A stretch of 64,000 nucleotides of DNA from Deltaproteobacteria bacterium (GCA_036574075.1 JAINCN010000030.1:18029-82028); one strand, 5' to 3'. Counted from the first letter of the stretch, positions 19,286-29,560 are shown. The notes: generated by a model not told the origin, from the letters alone. Program-made: numbers and translations.

Positions 19286-22086
19286 TGGCTGGGATCACGA
19301 GTCTTCTTAATGTGGCCAAGGTCGGGATCCTTACCCATCAGGTCTCCATGCACGTCACTGGCAACAACGTCTCGAACGTGAATACCCCTGGTTATTCCCG
19401 CCAGAGCGTCACCCTTTCCCCTGCCTATCCCACGCCGTCCACGGTCGGCCCTATTGGAAACGGGGTGAACGCAACAGGAGTGGTCCGGAATTACGACCGA
19501 TTCATCACCACTACACTATTCGACAAGACCTCGGTCATGTCTGGACTCGAGACACGCCAGTTCGGCATGAAGCTCATCGAGGGGATCCTGAACGAGGTGG
19601 ATGAAAACGGACTCAACGAGCTCATGAACCGGTTCTGGTCCGCGTGGGAGGACTTGGCTGACAATGCCGAAGGCATGGCCGAAAGGACCTCCCTCCTCCA
19701 GCAGGCCTCCCTCCTTGCCGATGGAATCCGGGACCGCTACAACCGGCTCGTGAAACTCTCTCACGACGTGGACCTGAACATCGAGACCGCCGTATCTGAC
19801 ATAAACCGTATCTCCAGGGGGATCGCCGAGCTGAACGTCCAGATCGTCTCCCTCGAGGCCGGAGGGCACCAGGCGAACGACCTCAGGGACCAGAGGGACG
19901 AGCTCGTCAGAGACCTCTCTAAGCTTGCTGACGTCCGGTATTTCGAGACCAAGCGCGGGTCATATACCGTCCTCATCGGTCAGGGAAGCCCTCTTGTTGA
20001 AGACGACCGTTCCTGGGAGCTTGAGATGCGGGCCGGAGATGTCTACTGGAAGGAAAGCACAGGAGATGTCATGAGACTCACCACCGAGGACGTGGCCCAC
20101 GGAGAGCTTGGGGCATGGCTTGACGTCAAGTCTAGGGTGAGCCCAAGAGATATGTCCGTCCTCACCGCCTCACGGGCGAACACGTCGGCAGGGCAGGGGA
20201 TCAGACCCGCGACCCTCTGGAGCCAGATCGACGGCGTAACTGTTACCGGGCCTTTCCAGATCGCCTTTTCTGGCACCGACCGGAATGGCCACCCGGTCTC
20301 CGCTACCTACGACAGCACCGTGGATTACGACGCTGACGGGACCACCGGCCAGGTCTCGGACTTTCTTTCAGCCATCGAGACGACATACGGAGCGGCCGAT
20401 GTGGATGCCACCCTCGACCCTGACGGAAGACTTGTCCTGCAGGACATCCACCCGGGGGATGTGCCCATTTCCTTTCAGATCGAGGGGATGACTGGAGGGA
20501 TCACCGGCCTTGATCTTGGCAGATTCGACGGATCATATCCGGAAAACTACCTTGAACGCCTTGACCGCATGGCGACCGAGCTCATCAAGGCGGTAAACGA
20601 GGTACACAGCCAGGGATCAGGCCTTGTCCCCTTCACGGAGGCCGCAGCCCTTCACGGGGTAACCGATATGAACGAGCCCGTGAGCTGGCGCTCATCCGGA
20701 CTTGAGTTCTCCGACCAGGTGCGCAACGGCGCCTTCGAGATCTGGGTCTATGATGCAAACGGCGATGTCATCGACCTGGATCCATCGACCGCAGGGGTGA
20801 ACGATCCATGGCGCATGACCGTCACCGATGGGGTGACGACCATCCAGGACATCGTTGATGCCGTAAACGATCCGGTAAGCGGAATCCCCGGAATAACTGC
20901 ATCCGCCCCAGGAGGGAGGCTCGTCCTTGCAGTGGACGGGACCTCGCAGACATCCGGTTTCGCCTTCGGCACCGATACGTCGGGTGTCCTTTCCGCCCTT
21001 GGCTTGAACGCCTTTTTCGACGGCACGGATGCATCTACAATATCGGTCAATTCAGTGCTCATGGAGGACCCCAGATACGTAGCCGCGGCCCGTGTGGAGG
21101 TCCGGGGAAACGCCGATGTTATGGCGACTGTTGCCGTGCGTGAACCCGCGCGCCCCCTCGGGGTCTCGGTGACGGACGGGACCTTCACGGTCAGTCTCTA
21201 CGATCAGACAGGGGCGCTCCAGCACACGGAGACCATTTCGGTGGATGCGGATGTTACCACGCTCGAGGACGTTATGGATGCCATCAACCGGGTGGATGGT
21301 CTTCACTCAGAGGTCGCAAATGGGGTCTTTACGGTGAGCTCCACCCGGACCGGCTGGACCGTGAATGTCTCGGATAGTGGCAATGATCTTCTTGCCTATC
21401 TCGGAATAACGCCTCCAGGCACTCCTCAGGAGTCCATATCAGGTGTGTATCAGCTCGACCGGACCTTTGAGCCGTTTGCCGATTTCACGACCGGGGTCGC
21501 TTCGGGTTCATTTCAGGTGGATCTCTTTGATGCGGACGGAAACCCCGTGGCAGGAAGCCCATTCACCGTCCCGGTCAATCCGGCAACGGATGGCCTTGAT
21601 GATGTGGCCGCGGCCATCGACGCCGTTCCTGGCCTCGCCGCAGGTGTTGAGGACGGAAGGCTCCGGATCTCCGCCGAGGGGAATGCGGCCTCTTTCGTCC
21701 TGAGGAACGACACCACGGGCGTCCTTTCCTACCTAGGGCTCGCTACCTCCAGCGGAGGCACCCTCAACCCTGCGAACAACGCAAACGCCCTCGAGTTCGG
21801 GGCCCTTGGGAGGGAGGGGATCGCAGCCCTTGACGGAGCGACCTTCAGCGAGGCCTACAGCGGGCTCGTGGGGACCGTGGGGATCCATTCCCGTGGTATC
21901 GGGCTCGATTACGAGTTCACACGCTCTGCAGTTGCCGAGCTCGAGGCCAGGAGGGACGAGGTCTCAGGCGTCTCCCTGGACGAGGAGCTCGCCAATCTTC
22001 TCCGATTCCAGCACGCCTATTCGGCTGCGGCAAAACTTATCAAGGTCGCGGACGAGATGTTTCTTTCCATCATCGAGACCAAGTAG
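19285..22086 (+). CDS. flgK: flagellar hook-associated protein 1 FlgK (expanded, 933 aa)
   Basis: N-terminal NVSNVNTPGYSRQ, C-terminal VSLDEELANLLRFQHAYSAAAKLIKVADEM; long central variable region. Confidence 0.9.
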   Translation: MAGITSLLNVAKVGILTHQVSMHVTGNNVSNVNTPGYSRQSVTLSPAYPTPSTVGPIGNGVNATGVVRNYDRFITTTLFDKTSVMSGLETRQFGMKLIEGILNEVDENGLNELMNRFWSAWEDLADNAEGMAERTSLLQQASLLADGIRDRYNRLVKLSHDVDLNIETAVSDINRISRGIAELNVQIVSLEAGGHQANDLRDQRDELVRDLSKLADVRYFETKRGSYTVLIGQGSPLVEDDRSWELEMRAGDVYWKESTGDVMRLTTEDVAHGELGAWLDVKSRVSPRDMSVLTASRANTSAGQGIRPATLWSQIDGVTVTGPFQIAFSGTDRNGHPVSATYDSTVDYDADGTTGQVSDFLSAIETTYGAADVDATLDPDGRLVLQDIHPGDVPISFQIEGMTGGITGLDLGRFDGSYPENYLERLDRMATELIKAVNEVHSQGSGLVPFTEAAALHGVTDMNEPVSWRSSGLEFSDQVRNGAFEIWVYDANGDVIDLDPSTAGVNDPWRMTVTDGVTTIQDIVDAVNDPVSGIPGITASAPGGRLVLAVDGTSQTSGFAFGTDTSGVLSALGLNAFFDGTDASTISVNSVLMEDPRYVAAARVEVRGNADVMATVAVREPARPLGVSVTDGTFTVSLYDQTGALQHTETISVDADVTTLEDVMDAINRVDGLHSEVANGVFTVSSTRTGWTVNVSDSGNDLLAYLGITPPGTPQESISGVYQLDRTFEPFADFTTGVASGSFQVDLFDADGNPVAGSPFTVPVNPATDGLDDVAAAIDAVPGLAAGVEDGRLRISAEGNAASFVLRNDTTGVLSYLGLATSSGGTLNPANNANALEFGALGREGIAALDGATFSEAYSGLVGTVGIHSRGIGLDYEFTRSAVAELEARRDEVSGVSLDEELANLLRFQHAYSAAAKLIKVADEMFLSIIETK

Positions 22087-22097
22087 GGGGTGCGGCC

Positions 22098-22997
22098 ATG
22101 CGCGTCACCATGAATACCATGTACGACCAGATCAACGCCAATCTCTTTCGCCTGACAGACCGCATCTATAAAACCAACGCCTCTATCTCGTCTGGTAAGA
22201 TCTACCGAACGCCGTCGGACGAGCCCGTCGCCCTTGTTCACGCCCTCGGGGTGAGAAGCGACATGGCGGCAACGCTTCAGTATCAGAGGAACATCTCCTA
22301 CGCCAAGGGGTGGACCTATGCAACAGAGAGCGCCCTCAGCCAGGTCCAGGATCGCCTGCTTCGGGCGAAGGAACTCGCCATCCAGGGGGCGAACGACACA
22401 CTTACAGCCTCGGACAGACGGGCCATCGCCGCAGAGGTGGAGCGCATCCAGGAAGAGGTGGTAGCACTGGGGAATACGAGTTTCGGCGGGAGATACATCT
22501 TCGGCGGGACCCGGACCAAGGGATACGGCCCAGGAAAGGCCCCCTTGGTTCTCGACCGCGACGGCCGCGTCACCTATCACGGGAACCGGGAAGGCATCTC
22601 TGTGGAGACCGCCCCTGGAATCCGGGAGAAGATAAACCTCGACGGCGATGACGCCCTTGTTCAAGGCGGGGTCTTCACAAGCCTCGACCTCCTCCGTGAC
22701 GCCCTCGAGGCGGACAGCCAATCGGGCATCCAGACCGCCATCGGAGACATCGACCGGGCCATCGGTCACGTCTCAGACCGAATCGCCGTCATGGGTGCGA
22801 AGGCCAACTCCATTGAAAACAAGGAGGCCATGGCCGAGGACTTGGAGATCACCGGGCGTGAGCACCTCTCCGATATAGAGGATGCTGATCTCCTTGAGGC
22901 AGTCTCTGACCTCAAGGCCCAGGAGACGGGTTATCAGGCGGCCCTTTCCGCCGCCTCCAGGGTCATGTCCATGAGTCTGGTGGATTATCTTAGATAG
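22098..22997 (+). CDS. flgL: flagellar hook-associated protein 3 FlgL
   Basis: 299 aa; flagellin-like N and C termini (MRVTMNTMYDQINANLFRL ... YQAALSAASRVMSMSLVDYL). Confidence 0.85.
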   Translation: MRVTMNTMYDQINANLFRLTDRIYKTNASISSGKIYRTPSDEPVALVHALGVRSDMAATLQYQRNISYAKGWTYATESALSQVQDRLLRAKELAIQGANDTLTASDRRAIAAEVERIQEEVVALGNTSFGGRYIFGGTRTKGYGPGKAPLVLDRDGRVTYHGNREGISVETAPGIREKINLDGDDALVQGGVFTSLDLLRDALEADSQSGIQTAIGDIDRAIGHVSDRIAVMGAKANSIENKEAMAEDLEITGREHLSDIEDADLLEAVSDLKAQETGYQAALSAASRVMSMSLVDYLR

Positions 22998-23033
22998 AAG
23001 AACACGCACAACGCGAGCCAAGGAGGGCGTGAC

Positions 23034-23285
23034 ATGCTCATTCTGACCAGGAAGGTTGGAGACAGGATTAGGATCGGGGACGGAATCGAGATCGCGATTC
23101 TGGAACTGAAGGGCCGTTCCGTACGAATCGGTGTTTCGGCACCAAAAGGCATGTCCGTCCTGAGGGAGGAGGTGTATCAAAGGATCCGAGAGGAGAACAT
23201 CAGGGCCGCGGTGGAAGGTCCCACTCCTGAGATGCTCGATGCCATCGGACACCGTATGCCTCCAGCAAAAAAGACACCCAATTAG
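23034..23285 (+). CDS. csrA: carbon storage regulator CsrA
   Basis: [48 protein letters not shown]. Confidence 0.95.
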   Translation: MLILTRKVGDRIRIGDGIEIAILELKGRSVRIGVSAPKGMSVLREEVYQRIREENIRAAVEGPTPEMLDAIGHRMPPAKKTPN

Positions 23286-23295
23286 GAAAACGGCC

Positions 23296-23730
23296 ATGGA
23301 AATCATGACGACCAGGTTCGGAACCCTTGACATAGAAGAGGGGAAAATCCTCACCTTTACCCACGGAATTCCCGGTTTTGCTGACAAAAGGCGCTTCATT
23401 CTCATCCCCCACGGAGAGGAATCCCCCTTTTTTTGGCTCCAATGTCTGGATGATCCGGATCTCGCCTTTCCTGTACTCGATCCGGCTGTTATCCTTTCAG
23501 ACTATTCCTTCGAGATCCCGGACGGGATTCAGGAAGAACTCGGGATCACCCGTCAGGAGCAGGTCCAGGTTCTTGTCATTGTAACGGTGCCGCGGGAAAA
23601 CCCGCGGAAAATGACGGCAAACCTCCTCGGTCCCGTGGTCCTGAATGTAGAGACCATGACGGGCTGCCAGATCGTGCTCGATCACACCCGTTATCCACTG
23701 AAATATCCTCTCTTCAAGGAAGATTCCTGA
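23296..23730 (+). CDS. fliW: flagellar assembly factor FliW
   Basis: MEIMTTRFGTLDIEEGKILTFTHGIPGF...FFWLQCLDDPDLAFPVLDP; ATG 23296 chosen over the longer ORF that overlaps csrA. Confidence 0.9.
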   Translation: MEIMTTRFGTLDIEEGKILTFTHGIPGFADKRRFILIPHGEESPFFWLQCLDDPDLAFPVLDPAVILSDYSFEIPDGIQEELGITRQEQVQVLVIVTVPRENPRKMTANLLGPVVLNVETMTGCQIVLDHTRYPLKYPLFKEDS

Positions 23731-23909
23731 ATCTTCGCGCCTGAGAACGGGTGTCTGTGGAGTGCGGCGTCCACGGACGGGGCTCGAACGGCAAATCCGT
23801 CCCCATAGGCTATTTGCCCTGTCTTCCGACAGACAGGGGCGATGGACAAACACCCAGGGGCTGCCTGCCTGCGCCTGGCACGGCAGACAGGTCAGCCCAC
23901 GGATTCAGG
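23726..23909 (-). repeat. MITE-like element, copy C (reverse orientation, internally rearranged)
   Basis: cctgaatcttcgcg ... tgtggagtgcggcgtccacggacggggctcgaacggcaaatc ... cccacggattcagg; its left terminus contains the fliW stop codon. Confidence 0.65.
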
Positions 23910-23977
23910 GTGAAGTAAGCGGTCCTTGCACAGGACCTCTAATCCTCTAATCCTTTACCCCTATACCCCTATATATC

Positions 23978-24454
23978 TTAAAGGGTCCCGCCATCCGGAT
24001 CCGGCGGGATCTCTCCGCCTTGTCCCTGTGCAATGGCGGTGCGGGCTAGCCTGTCGGCACGCTCGTTCTCTGGGTGCCCGGCATGTCCACGGATCCAGTG
24101 CCATGTCACCTTGTGGTAGGCACAGAGGGCGTCGAGTCGCTCCCAGAGGTCCTTGTTCTTGACCGGCTCTCGTGATGCGGTGAGCCATCCTTTTCGCTTC
24201 CAGGATGCGATCCATGTGGTCATCCCCTTCATCACGTATTGGGAGTCAGTGGTGATGGTCACCTCACAGGGCCGATTGAGGGCCTCGAGGGCCCGGATGG
24301 CCGCAAGGAGCTCCATCCGGTTGTTCGTCGTGCTGGGTGACCAGCCGCTCATCTCCCTTTCCGCTCCACGATATCTAAGGATCGCCCCCCAGCCTCCTGG
24401 CCCAGGGTTTCCGGAACAGGCGCCGTCCGTGTAGATCTCGACACGAGTCTTCAC
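23978..24454 (-). CDS. rnhA: ribonuclease HI
   Basis: [52 protein letters not shown]. Confidence 0.95.
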   Translation of the reverse strand: MKTRVEIYTDGACSGNPGPGGWGAILRYRGAEREMSGWSPSTTNNRMELLAAIRALEALNRPCEVTITTDSQYVMKGMTTWIASWKRKGWLTASREPVKNKDLWERLDALCAYHKVTWHWIRGHAGHPENERADRLARTAIAQGQGGEIPPDPDGGTL

Positions 24455-25179
24455 GGCCCATTGAGTCCGGTATAAAGGGTCACGATCCCGAGGGTGAGGG
24501 GACGGTAGCGGACCTCTGTAAAGCCTGCTGAGGCCATCATGCCGGCAAGGACCTCGGGCGCGTAGAAGCCCTGAATGGAGCTTGCGAGATAGGAATAGGC
24601 GGATTTGTCGCCCGAAAGGATCCCTCCGATGTGGGGAAGGACCTTGTGTAGATAAAACATGTAGATCGGACCGAGGACCGGGACCCTGGGCCGGGAAAAC
24701 TCGAGGATTGCGAGCTTTCCGCCGGGTACGAGAACCCTTCTCATCTCCTCCAGCCCCTTTTCCGTTCGGCTGAGGTTGCGGATCCCAAAGGCAATGGTGA
24801 TTCCCTGAAAGATACCATCGGGAAAAGGAAGCTCCTCACCGTCCCCGCACACTGGAAAGATCTCGTTCCGCCGTGCCTGGTAGCCCGAGCCCTTCATGCC
24901 TTGAAGGAGCATGTCAGGGCAAAAATCGACGGCAAATACACGTCCCGCCGGTCTTTGACGGGCGATCTCAACGGCAAGTGGAAGGGTCCCGGCGCAGAGA
25001 TCGAGGATCGGCCCGTCCGGCAGGGCAGCGACCTCGGCTGCCGTTATTCGCCTCCATGACCGGTCGATGGAAAGACTCAGGACAGAGTTCAGGAGATCGT
25101 AGCGATGGGCGACCGCGGCGAATTTGTCCCTGACGAACCGTCGTTTTAGATCGGGATCAGAGAGGGGGGCGGCCATCAT
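24451..25179 (-). CDS. ubiE: demethylmenaquinone/ubiquinone methyltransferase (UbiE/MenG)
   Basis: 242 aa; [20 protein letters not shown] motif [14 protein letters not shown]. Confidence 0.9.
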   Translation of the reverse strand: MMAAPLSDPDLKRRFVRDKFAAVAHRYDLLNSVLSLSIDRSWRRITAAEVAALPDGPILDLCAGTLPLAVEIARQRPAGRVFAVDFCPDMLLQGMKGSGYQARRNEIFPVCGDGEELPFPDGIFQGITIAFGIRNLSRTEKGLEEMRRVLVPGGKLAILEFSRPRVPVLGPIYMFYLHKVLPHIGGILSGDKSAYSYLASSIQGFYAPEVLAGMMASAGFTEVRYRPLTLGIVTLYTGLNGP

Positions 25180-26012
25180 TCAGTAACCTCTTGAAAGGAG
25201 GAGGGGATCAGGCGAAGATCCAAGGCAGGGGGGATCTCGCCCCGGACCGAGAGACGGCGAAAAAATTCGAGAAGGCCCTGGCGTTTCGGCCCTGAGAAGT
25301 CATACTCGATCCCTTTGAGATAGGAAAGACATGCGGAGGGCGTAAGGGAGACCTTCGGGGCCACGATGGATGCGATGCGCACGAGCTCCCGCTGACCCGT
25401 CCGGACGCACGAAACGAGGCGGTCCCTCAGGGCTTCGACTGCGCTCCATGCCTCCTCCAGGACCTGGTTTCTCACGGCCCAGACAGCGAAGACAAAGGGA
25501 AGGCCGGTTTTTTGGAGCCAGATCTCGGCCAAATCAATCACGAGAAATTGCCTTTTGTTTCGGGCCAGTCTCAGGGCCTCGTCTCCGATGGCAAGATAGG
25601 CATCACTCGTCCCTACAGCAAGATCCTCCGAGGAACCCGCCTGGTACAGGGGACGGACGCAGAAAAAATCCTCGAGAAGGATCCGGAGCAGGGCGACCGA
25701 AGTGGCAGACTGTGGAGTAAGGGAGACGGTTTTGCCCCCGAGTTCTCCAATAGGGATGCGGCTCAGGAGGATCACGCTTTTGACCGCCCCGGTGGAGCTG
25801 ATGCAGAGCTCGGGCATAAGATGATAGGAATCGGGGTGGAGACCGTATTCAAAAGAGGAGATCATGCCCACGTCGATCTCTCCGGCATGGAGAAGACGGT
25901 TGAGTTCGGTTGGTGTGGCCTCGACCGACTCCCAGCCGGCAATGGGACCTGATTCGCGCCATGGGACCATTATGGGCGCAGTATTGATGTAGCGGACGAA
26001 TCCGACCTTCAT
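25176..26012 (-). CDS. mqnA: chorismate dehydratase MqnA (futalosine pathway)
   Basis: Starts MKVGFVRYINTAPIMVPW at ATG 26012, 5 nt after the upstream gene's stop; periplasmic-binding-like fold pattern. The 545-aa ORF in the track is an upstream read-through extension. Confidence 0.8.
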   Translation of the reverse strand: MKVGFVRYINTAPIMVPWRESGPIAGWESVEATPTELNRLLHAGEIDVGMISSFEYGLHPDSYHLMPELCISSTGAVKSVILLSRIPIGELGGKTVSLTPQSATSVALLRILLEDFFCVRPLYQAGSSEDLAVGTSDAYLAIGDEALRLARNKRQFLVIDLAEIWLQKTGLPFVFAVWAVRNQVLEEAWSAVEALRDRLVSCVRTGQRELVRIASIVAPKVSLTPSACLSYLKGIEYDFSGPKRQGLLEFFRRLSVRGEIPPALDLRLIPSSFQEVTE

Positions 26013-26016
26013 GGAC

Positions 26017-27315
26017 TCACTCCCATCTGGGAGGGTCACCGACCCAGGAGACAGGATCGGGTCCCCTAACCCCCTGGACAAGATACTCGAGGACTTCTCT
26101 GTCCCGGATCCCGTCGGCCCGGATCGCAAGGAACGTGGACCTGAAACCTGGATCAAGCCTGCCAATAGGGGCCTGGCGGCCTTCTTCTGCATCCAATCCG
26201 GGCCCCGAGAGGCCCAGGGCCCTGGCGCCGTGTTCTGTTGCCGCGGTGAGGATGCGCCCGGGCGGGATCGTGGGCGCCAGGGAGGCAAGGGATGACATCT
26301 CTGCAAAGATCGAAAGGGTGTCGTTGCTTGCAAGGCTGTCTGTCCCGAGGGCAAAGGGGATCCCGGCAGCTGCAAATCTCTCGACCTGCGGGATGCCGAC
26401 ATCCAGAAAGAGGTTGCTCCGAGGGCATAGACAGACAGATGCCCCGGTCTTTTTGAGGATTTCCAGATCATCGTCGTCCACATGAATGGCGTGGACGCAT
26501 ACCGTATTCGAATCGAGGACACCGAGCCTGTGGAGATATCGGATCGGAGAACAGCCGGGGATTTCCTCCTGGGCAATGCGGTGGCCCCGCTCCTTGAGAA
26601 GATCGAGGATGGGGCCGGTCCCTGAGAGGACAAACTCCATTTCCTCCGGAGATTCCGCAGTGTGGATCTGAAAGGGGATGCGGTGCTCCCGGTCCCAGGC
26701 CTTGGTGCGGATGATGACCTGGGAAGAGGCCGAGAAGACCGCATGGGAGGAAAGGCCAAAGGAGATCGCCACCCTTGCTCCGTTTTCCCCCTTTGGAAAA
26801 CCTCCTGTTTCAAAGGGTTGGAGGTCTTCGGGCCCTCCCCGAGGCTGGATGATCTCTCGGTAAAAGATGCCGGAAAAAGGCGGAAAGTCCTTCTCCTTTA
26901 AGGCGCGGGAGGCTATCCCGAGGTTTCCCACATCCCCTATGCCCAGGACTCCCCCCTCGAAAAGCCCGTGGGCCGCGCTCATGACGGCCGGGAGCCACTC
27001 GTCGGGAGAGATTCGGGAGCGGGCATCCACAAGGGAGCGCACCCAGGAGGAGAAGGAGCCGCTGGGAGAAATTCGCCACTTGAGGGGAGAGAGCTCCAGA
27101 TGACAATGGGCATTCACAAGGGGCGGAATGAGGACGGATGCGCCGTGGTCGATGGTCTCCCCGTGACAGGAGAGCAGGATCGCCTTTGCCTGCCCCGATG
27201 CCACGATCTTCCCCCCGAATGTGGCCACTGCCCCATCGGATATGACGATCCCGTCACCTGGGACGATCCACTTCGCCCGGTGTATGCAAAGGGTAGGGCA
27301 GGGGACGTCCTTCAC
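26017..27315 (-). CDS. amidohydrolase family protein (chlorohydrolase/deaminase-like; possible aminofutalosine deaminase)
   Basis: 432 aa; metal-binding NAHCHLELS, later HAVF, HTAES, HAIH, GTDS motifs of the amidohydrolase superfamily; embedded between mqnC and mqnA. Confidence 0.75.
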   Translation of the reverse strand: MKDVPCPTLCIHRAKWIVPGDGIVISDGAVATFGGKIVASGQAKAILLSCHGETIDHGASVLIPPLVNAHCHLELSPLKWRISPSGSFSSWVRSLVDARSRISPDEWLPAVMSAAHGLFEGGVLGIGDVGNLGIASRALKEKDFPPFSGIFYREIIQPRGGPEDLQPFETGGFPKGENGARVAISFGLSSHAVFSASSQVIIRTKAWDREHRIPFQIHTAESPEEMEFVLSGTGPILDLLKERGHRIAQEEIPGCSPIRYLHRLGVLDSNTVCVHAIHVDDDDLEILKKTGASVCLCPRSNLFLDVGIPQVERFAAAGIPFALGTDSLASNDTLSIFAEMSSLASLAPTIPPGRILTAATEHGARALGLSGPGLDAEEGRQAPIGRLDPGFRSTFLAIRADGIRDREVLEYLVQGVRGPDPVSWVGDPPRWE

Positions 27316-28379
27316 TTATTCCCGTTCAGGAGGCGGTAATCCATGGTCCTGCGGGAGGGCCGGAATCCGGCTGCCTCGATGGTCCTCCTGATCTCCTCTT
27401 CCGAGAGGCGGTGCGAGACCCCAGTGGCTGCAACGACGTTTTCTTCGATCATGGTGCTGCCAAAGTCGTTTGCCCCGAAAAAGAGGGCGATCTGGGCGAT
27501 CTTCGGTCCCTGTGTCACCCATGATGCCTGGATATTGGGGACGTTGTCGAGGACGATTCGGGACAGGGAAAGGACCTTCAGGTACTCATGTGCGGTCGCG
27601 GGGTGGACAGGGATGTGGGTGTTTCTGGGCTGGAATGGCCAGGGAATGAAGGCGGTGAACCCGTTTGTCCGGTCCTGGAGGTCCCGAATAGCCATCATGT
27701 GCTTGATCCTTTCCCCCTGGGTCTCCACGTGGCCGAACATCATGGTGGCCGTGGTCTTGAGGCCGAGTTCGTGGGCCGTCTCCATGACGGAGAGCCATTC
27801 AGCGGTTGTGGCCTTTCTCGGGGCTATGGCCTCCCGCACCCGGTCCACGAGGATCTCGGCCCCACCGCCGGGAATGGAATCAAGGCCGGCGGCGATGAGA
27901 CGTTTCAAGACCTCTCGAATGGAAAGACCGGATAGGCGCGCAAAATGCACGATCTCAGGCGGGGAAAAGGCGTGGCAGTGCACGCCCTTCTCTTTCATGA
28001 AAGCGAGCATGTCTTCATAAAATGTGAGAGGGAGCTCCGGATGGAGTCCACCCTGAAGAAGGATCTGGTTTCCACCGAGGGCGAGGGTTTCGTCGATCTT
28101 TCTGGCAAGTTCTTCACGTGAGAGGACATAGCCCCTCGAATCCCCAGGGGCCACAAAAAAGGCGCAGAATCGGCAACCTGAGATGCAGATGTTTGTGTAG
28201 TTGATGTTCCGGTCCACGATGTAGGAGACCACGCCCTCCGGGTGTAGCCTGGCGCGGAGCCCGTCAGCCAGCTCTCCGAGCAAGTGGATGGATGCCTGAC
28301 TGGAGAGAGAGATGGCCTCCTCGTAGGTGACGCGCCCTCCGTCGCGGACCTTTCCGGCTATCCGCTCGACCTCGGTCAT
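27312..28379 (-). CDS. mqnC: radical SAM cyclic dehypoxanthinyl futalosine synthase MqnC
   Basis: 355 aa; IVDRNINYTNICISGCRFCAFF cluster motif and CofH/MqnC/MqnE-family C-terminal half. Confidence 0.78.
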   Translation of the reverse strand: MTEVERIAGKVRDGGRVTYEEAISLSSQASIHLLGELADGLRARLHPEGVVSYIVDRNINYTNICISGCRFCAFFVAPGDSRGYVLSREELARKIDETLALGGNQILLQGGLHPELPLTFYEDMLAFMKEKGVHCHAFSPPEIVHFARLSGLSIREVLKRLIAAGLDSIPGGGAEILVDRVREAIAPRKATTAEWLSVMETAHELGLKTTATMMFGHVETQGERIKHMMAIRDLQDRTNGFTAFIPWPFQPRNTHIPVHPATAHEYLKVLSLSRIVLDNVPNIQASWVTQGPKIAQIALFFGANDFGSTMIEENVVAATGVSHRLSEEEIRRTIEAAGFRPSRRTMDYRLLNGNK

Positions 28380-29485
28380 ACGCGCTGGTAGAGGGTGTCA
28401 CGCTCCACCGGTTCGCGGCCGGCCGCCCGAATGAGGCGTTCGATTTCTGCCCGCGTCATGGCGCCTGATGTCTCACCTCCTGCCATGTGGGTGATCTTCT
28501 CCTCAAGGACGGTGCCGTCCAGATCGTCGGCCCCGAAGGAAAGGGCAATCTGGGCGACCTTCTGCCCGAGCATGACCCAGTAGGCCTTGATGTGCGGGAT
28601 GTTGTCGAGCATGAGTCGAGAGACGGCGATCATCTTGAGGTCATCCACCCCGCAGGTGGGAGAAAGGGCCTCGAGCTCGGTGTTCTTGGGGTGAAAGGCG
28701 AGGGGGATGAAACAGAGAAATCCTTTGGTCTCGTCCTGGGCCTCACGAAGGGCCACCAGGTGTTCGAGTCGCTCCCGGACGGTCTCGATGTGGCCATAGA
28801 GCAGGGTCGCATTGCTCCTGATCCCCATGCGGTGCGCGGTCTTTGCCACCTCAATCCACTTGTCTCCCGGAAGTTTTCTCGGGCAGAGCCTCTCCCGGAC
28901 CCGTGGGCTGAAGACCTCCGCTCCACCCCCGGGGATGGAACCAAGACCGGCCTGGACCAGATCTTCCAGGGTCTCTTCAACGGTCTTGCCAGCAAGATCT
29001 GCAATATGTTTGATCTCCACACAGGTGAATGCCTGGATGTGAATCTCAGGACGGGCGGCCTTCACGGCCCGGAGCATGTCGAGATAATACGAATATGGAA
29101 GATCAGGGTGGAGCCCTCCCACGATATGCACCTCGCGGATAGGTTCGTCGGCGCGTTCACGGATCTTTCGAACGATCTCTTCGATCCCCATCTCGTAGGC
29201 CTTCTCGTGGCCTTTTCCCTTTCCGAACGCACAGAATTTGCAAAGATTGATGCAGACGTTCGAGTAGTTAATATGCTGATTATAGATGTAAAAGGCGTCA
29301 TTTCCGTTTATGCGTTCACGGACGATGTTTGCAAGATAGCCGATGAGTGGGAGGTTGCGGGAGGCAAAAAGCCGCTCTCCGTCCTCGATGCTGATTCTCG
29401 TGCCGGCGAGCACCTTTTCGTAGATGTCAGCAAGGCCAGCGGATTTGAATGCGTCGAGCATGATTTTATCCCTGTCTGATGCCAC
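28376..29485 (-). CDS. mqnE: radical SAM aminofutalosine synthase MqnE
   Basis: 369 aa; YIYNQHINYSNVCINLCKFCAFGK; paralogous to the adjacent mqnC. The MqnE versus MqnC assignment rests on N-terminal motif recall. Confidence 0.75.
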   Translation of the reverse strand: MASDRDKIMLDAFKSAGLADIYEKVLAGTRISIEDGERLFASRNLPLIGYLANIVRERINGNDAFYIYNQHINYSNVCINLCKFCAFGKGKGHEKAYEMGIEEIVRKIRERADEPIREVHIVGGLHPDLPYSYYLDMLRAVKAARPEIHIQAFTCVEIKHIADLAGKTVEETLEDLVQAGLGSIPGGGAEVFSPRVRERLCPRKLPGDKWIEVAKTAHRMGIRSNATLLYGHIETVRERLEHLVALREAQDETKGFLCFIPLAFHPKNTELEALSPTCGVDDLKMIAVSRLMLDNIPHIKAYWVMLGQKVAQIALSFGADDLDGTVLEEKITHMAGGETSGAMTRAEIERLIRAAGREPVERDTLYQRV

Positions 29486-29560
29486 TGAAAGAATCCGACC
29501 TGCTTTGGGCTTTTAGTGCCATCTATTTTTTGGTCACCATGAGCGTATTAAAAATGCGAC

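Noticed and set aside
25176-26813. 545-aa ORF in the track, which would be by far the largest product in the mqn block
   Set aside because: Only the last 278 codons (from MKVGFVRYINTAPI, ATG 26012) look like a real protein (MqnA). The upstream 267 codons are Pro/Arg/Ser-rich and overlap the amidohydrolase gene (26017-27315) in another frame. This is a GC-rich read-through artefact.
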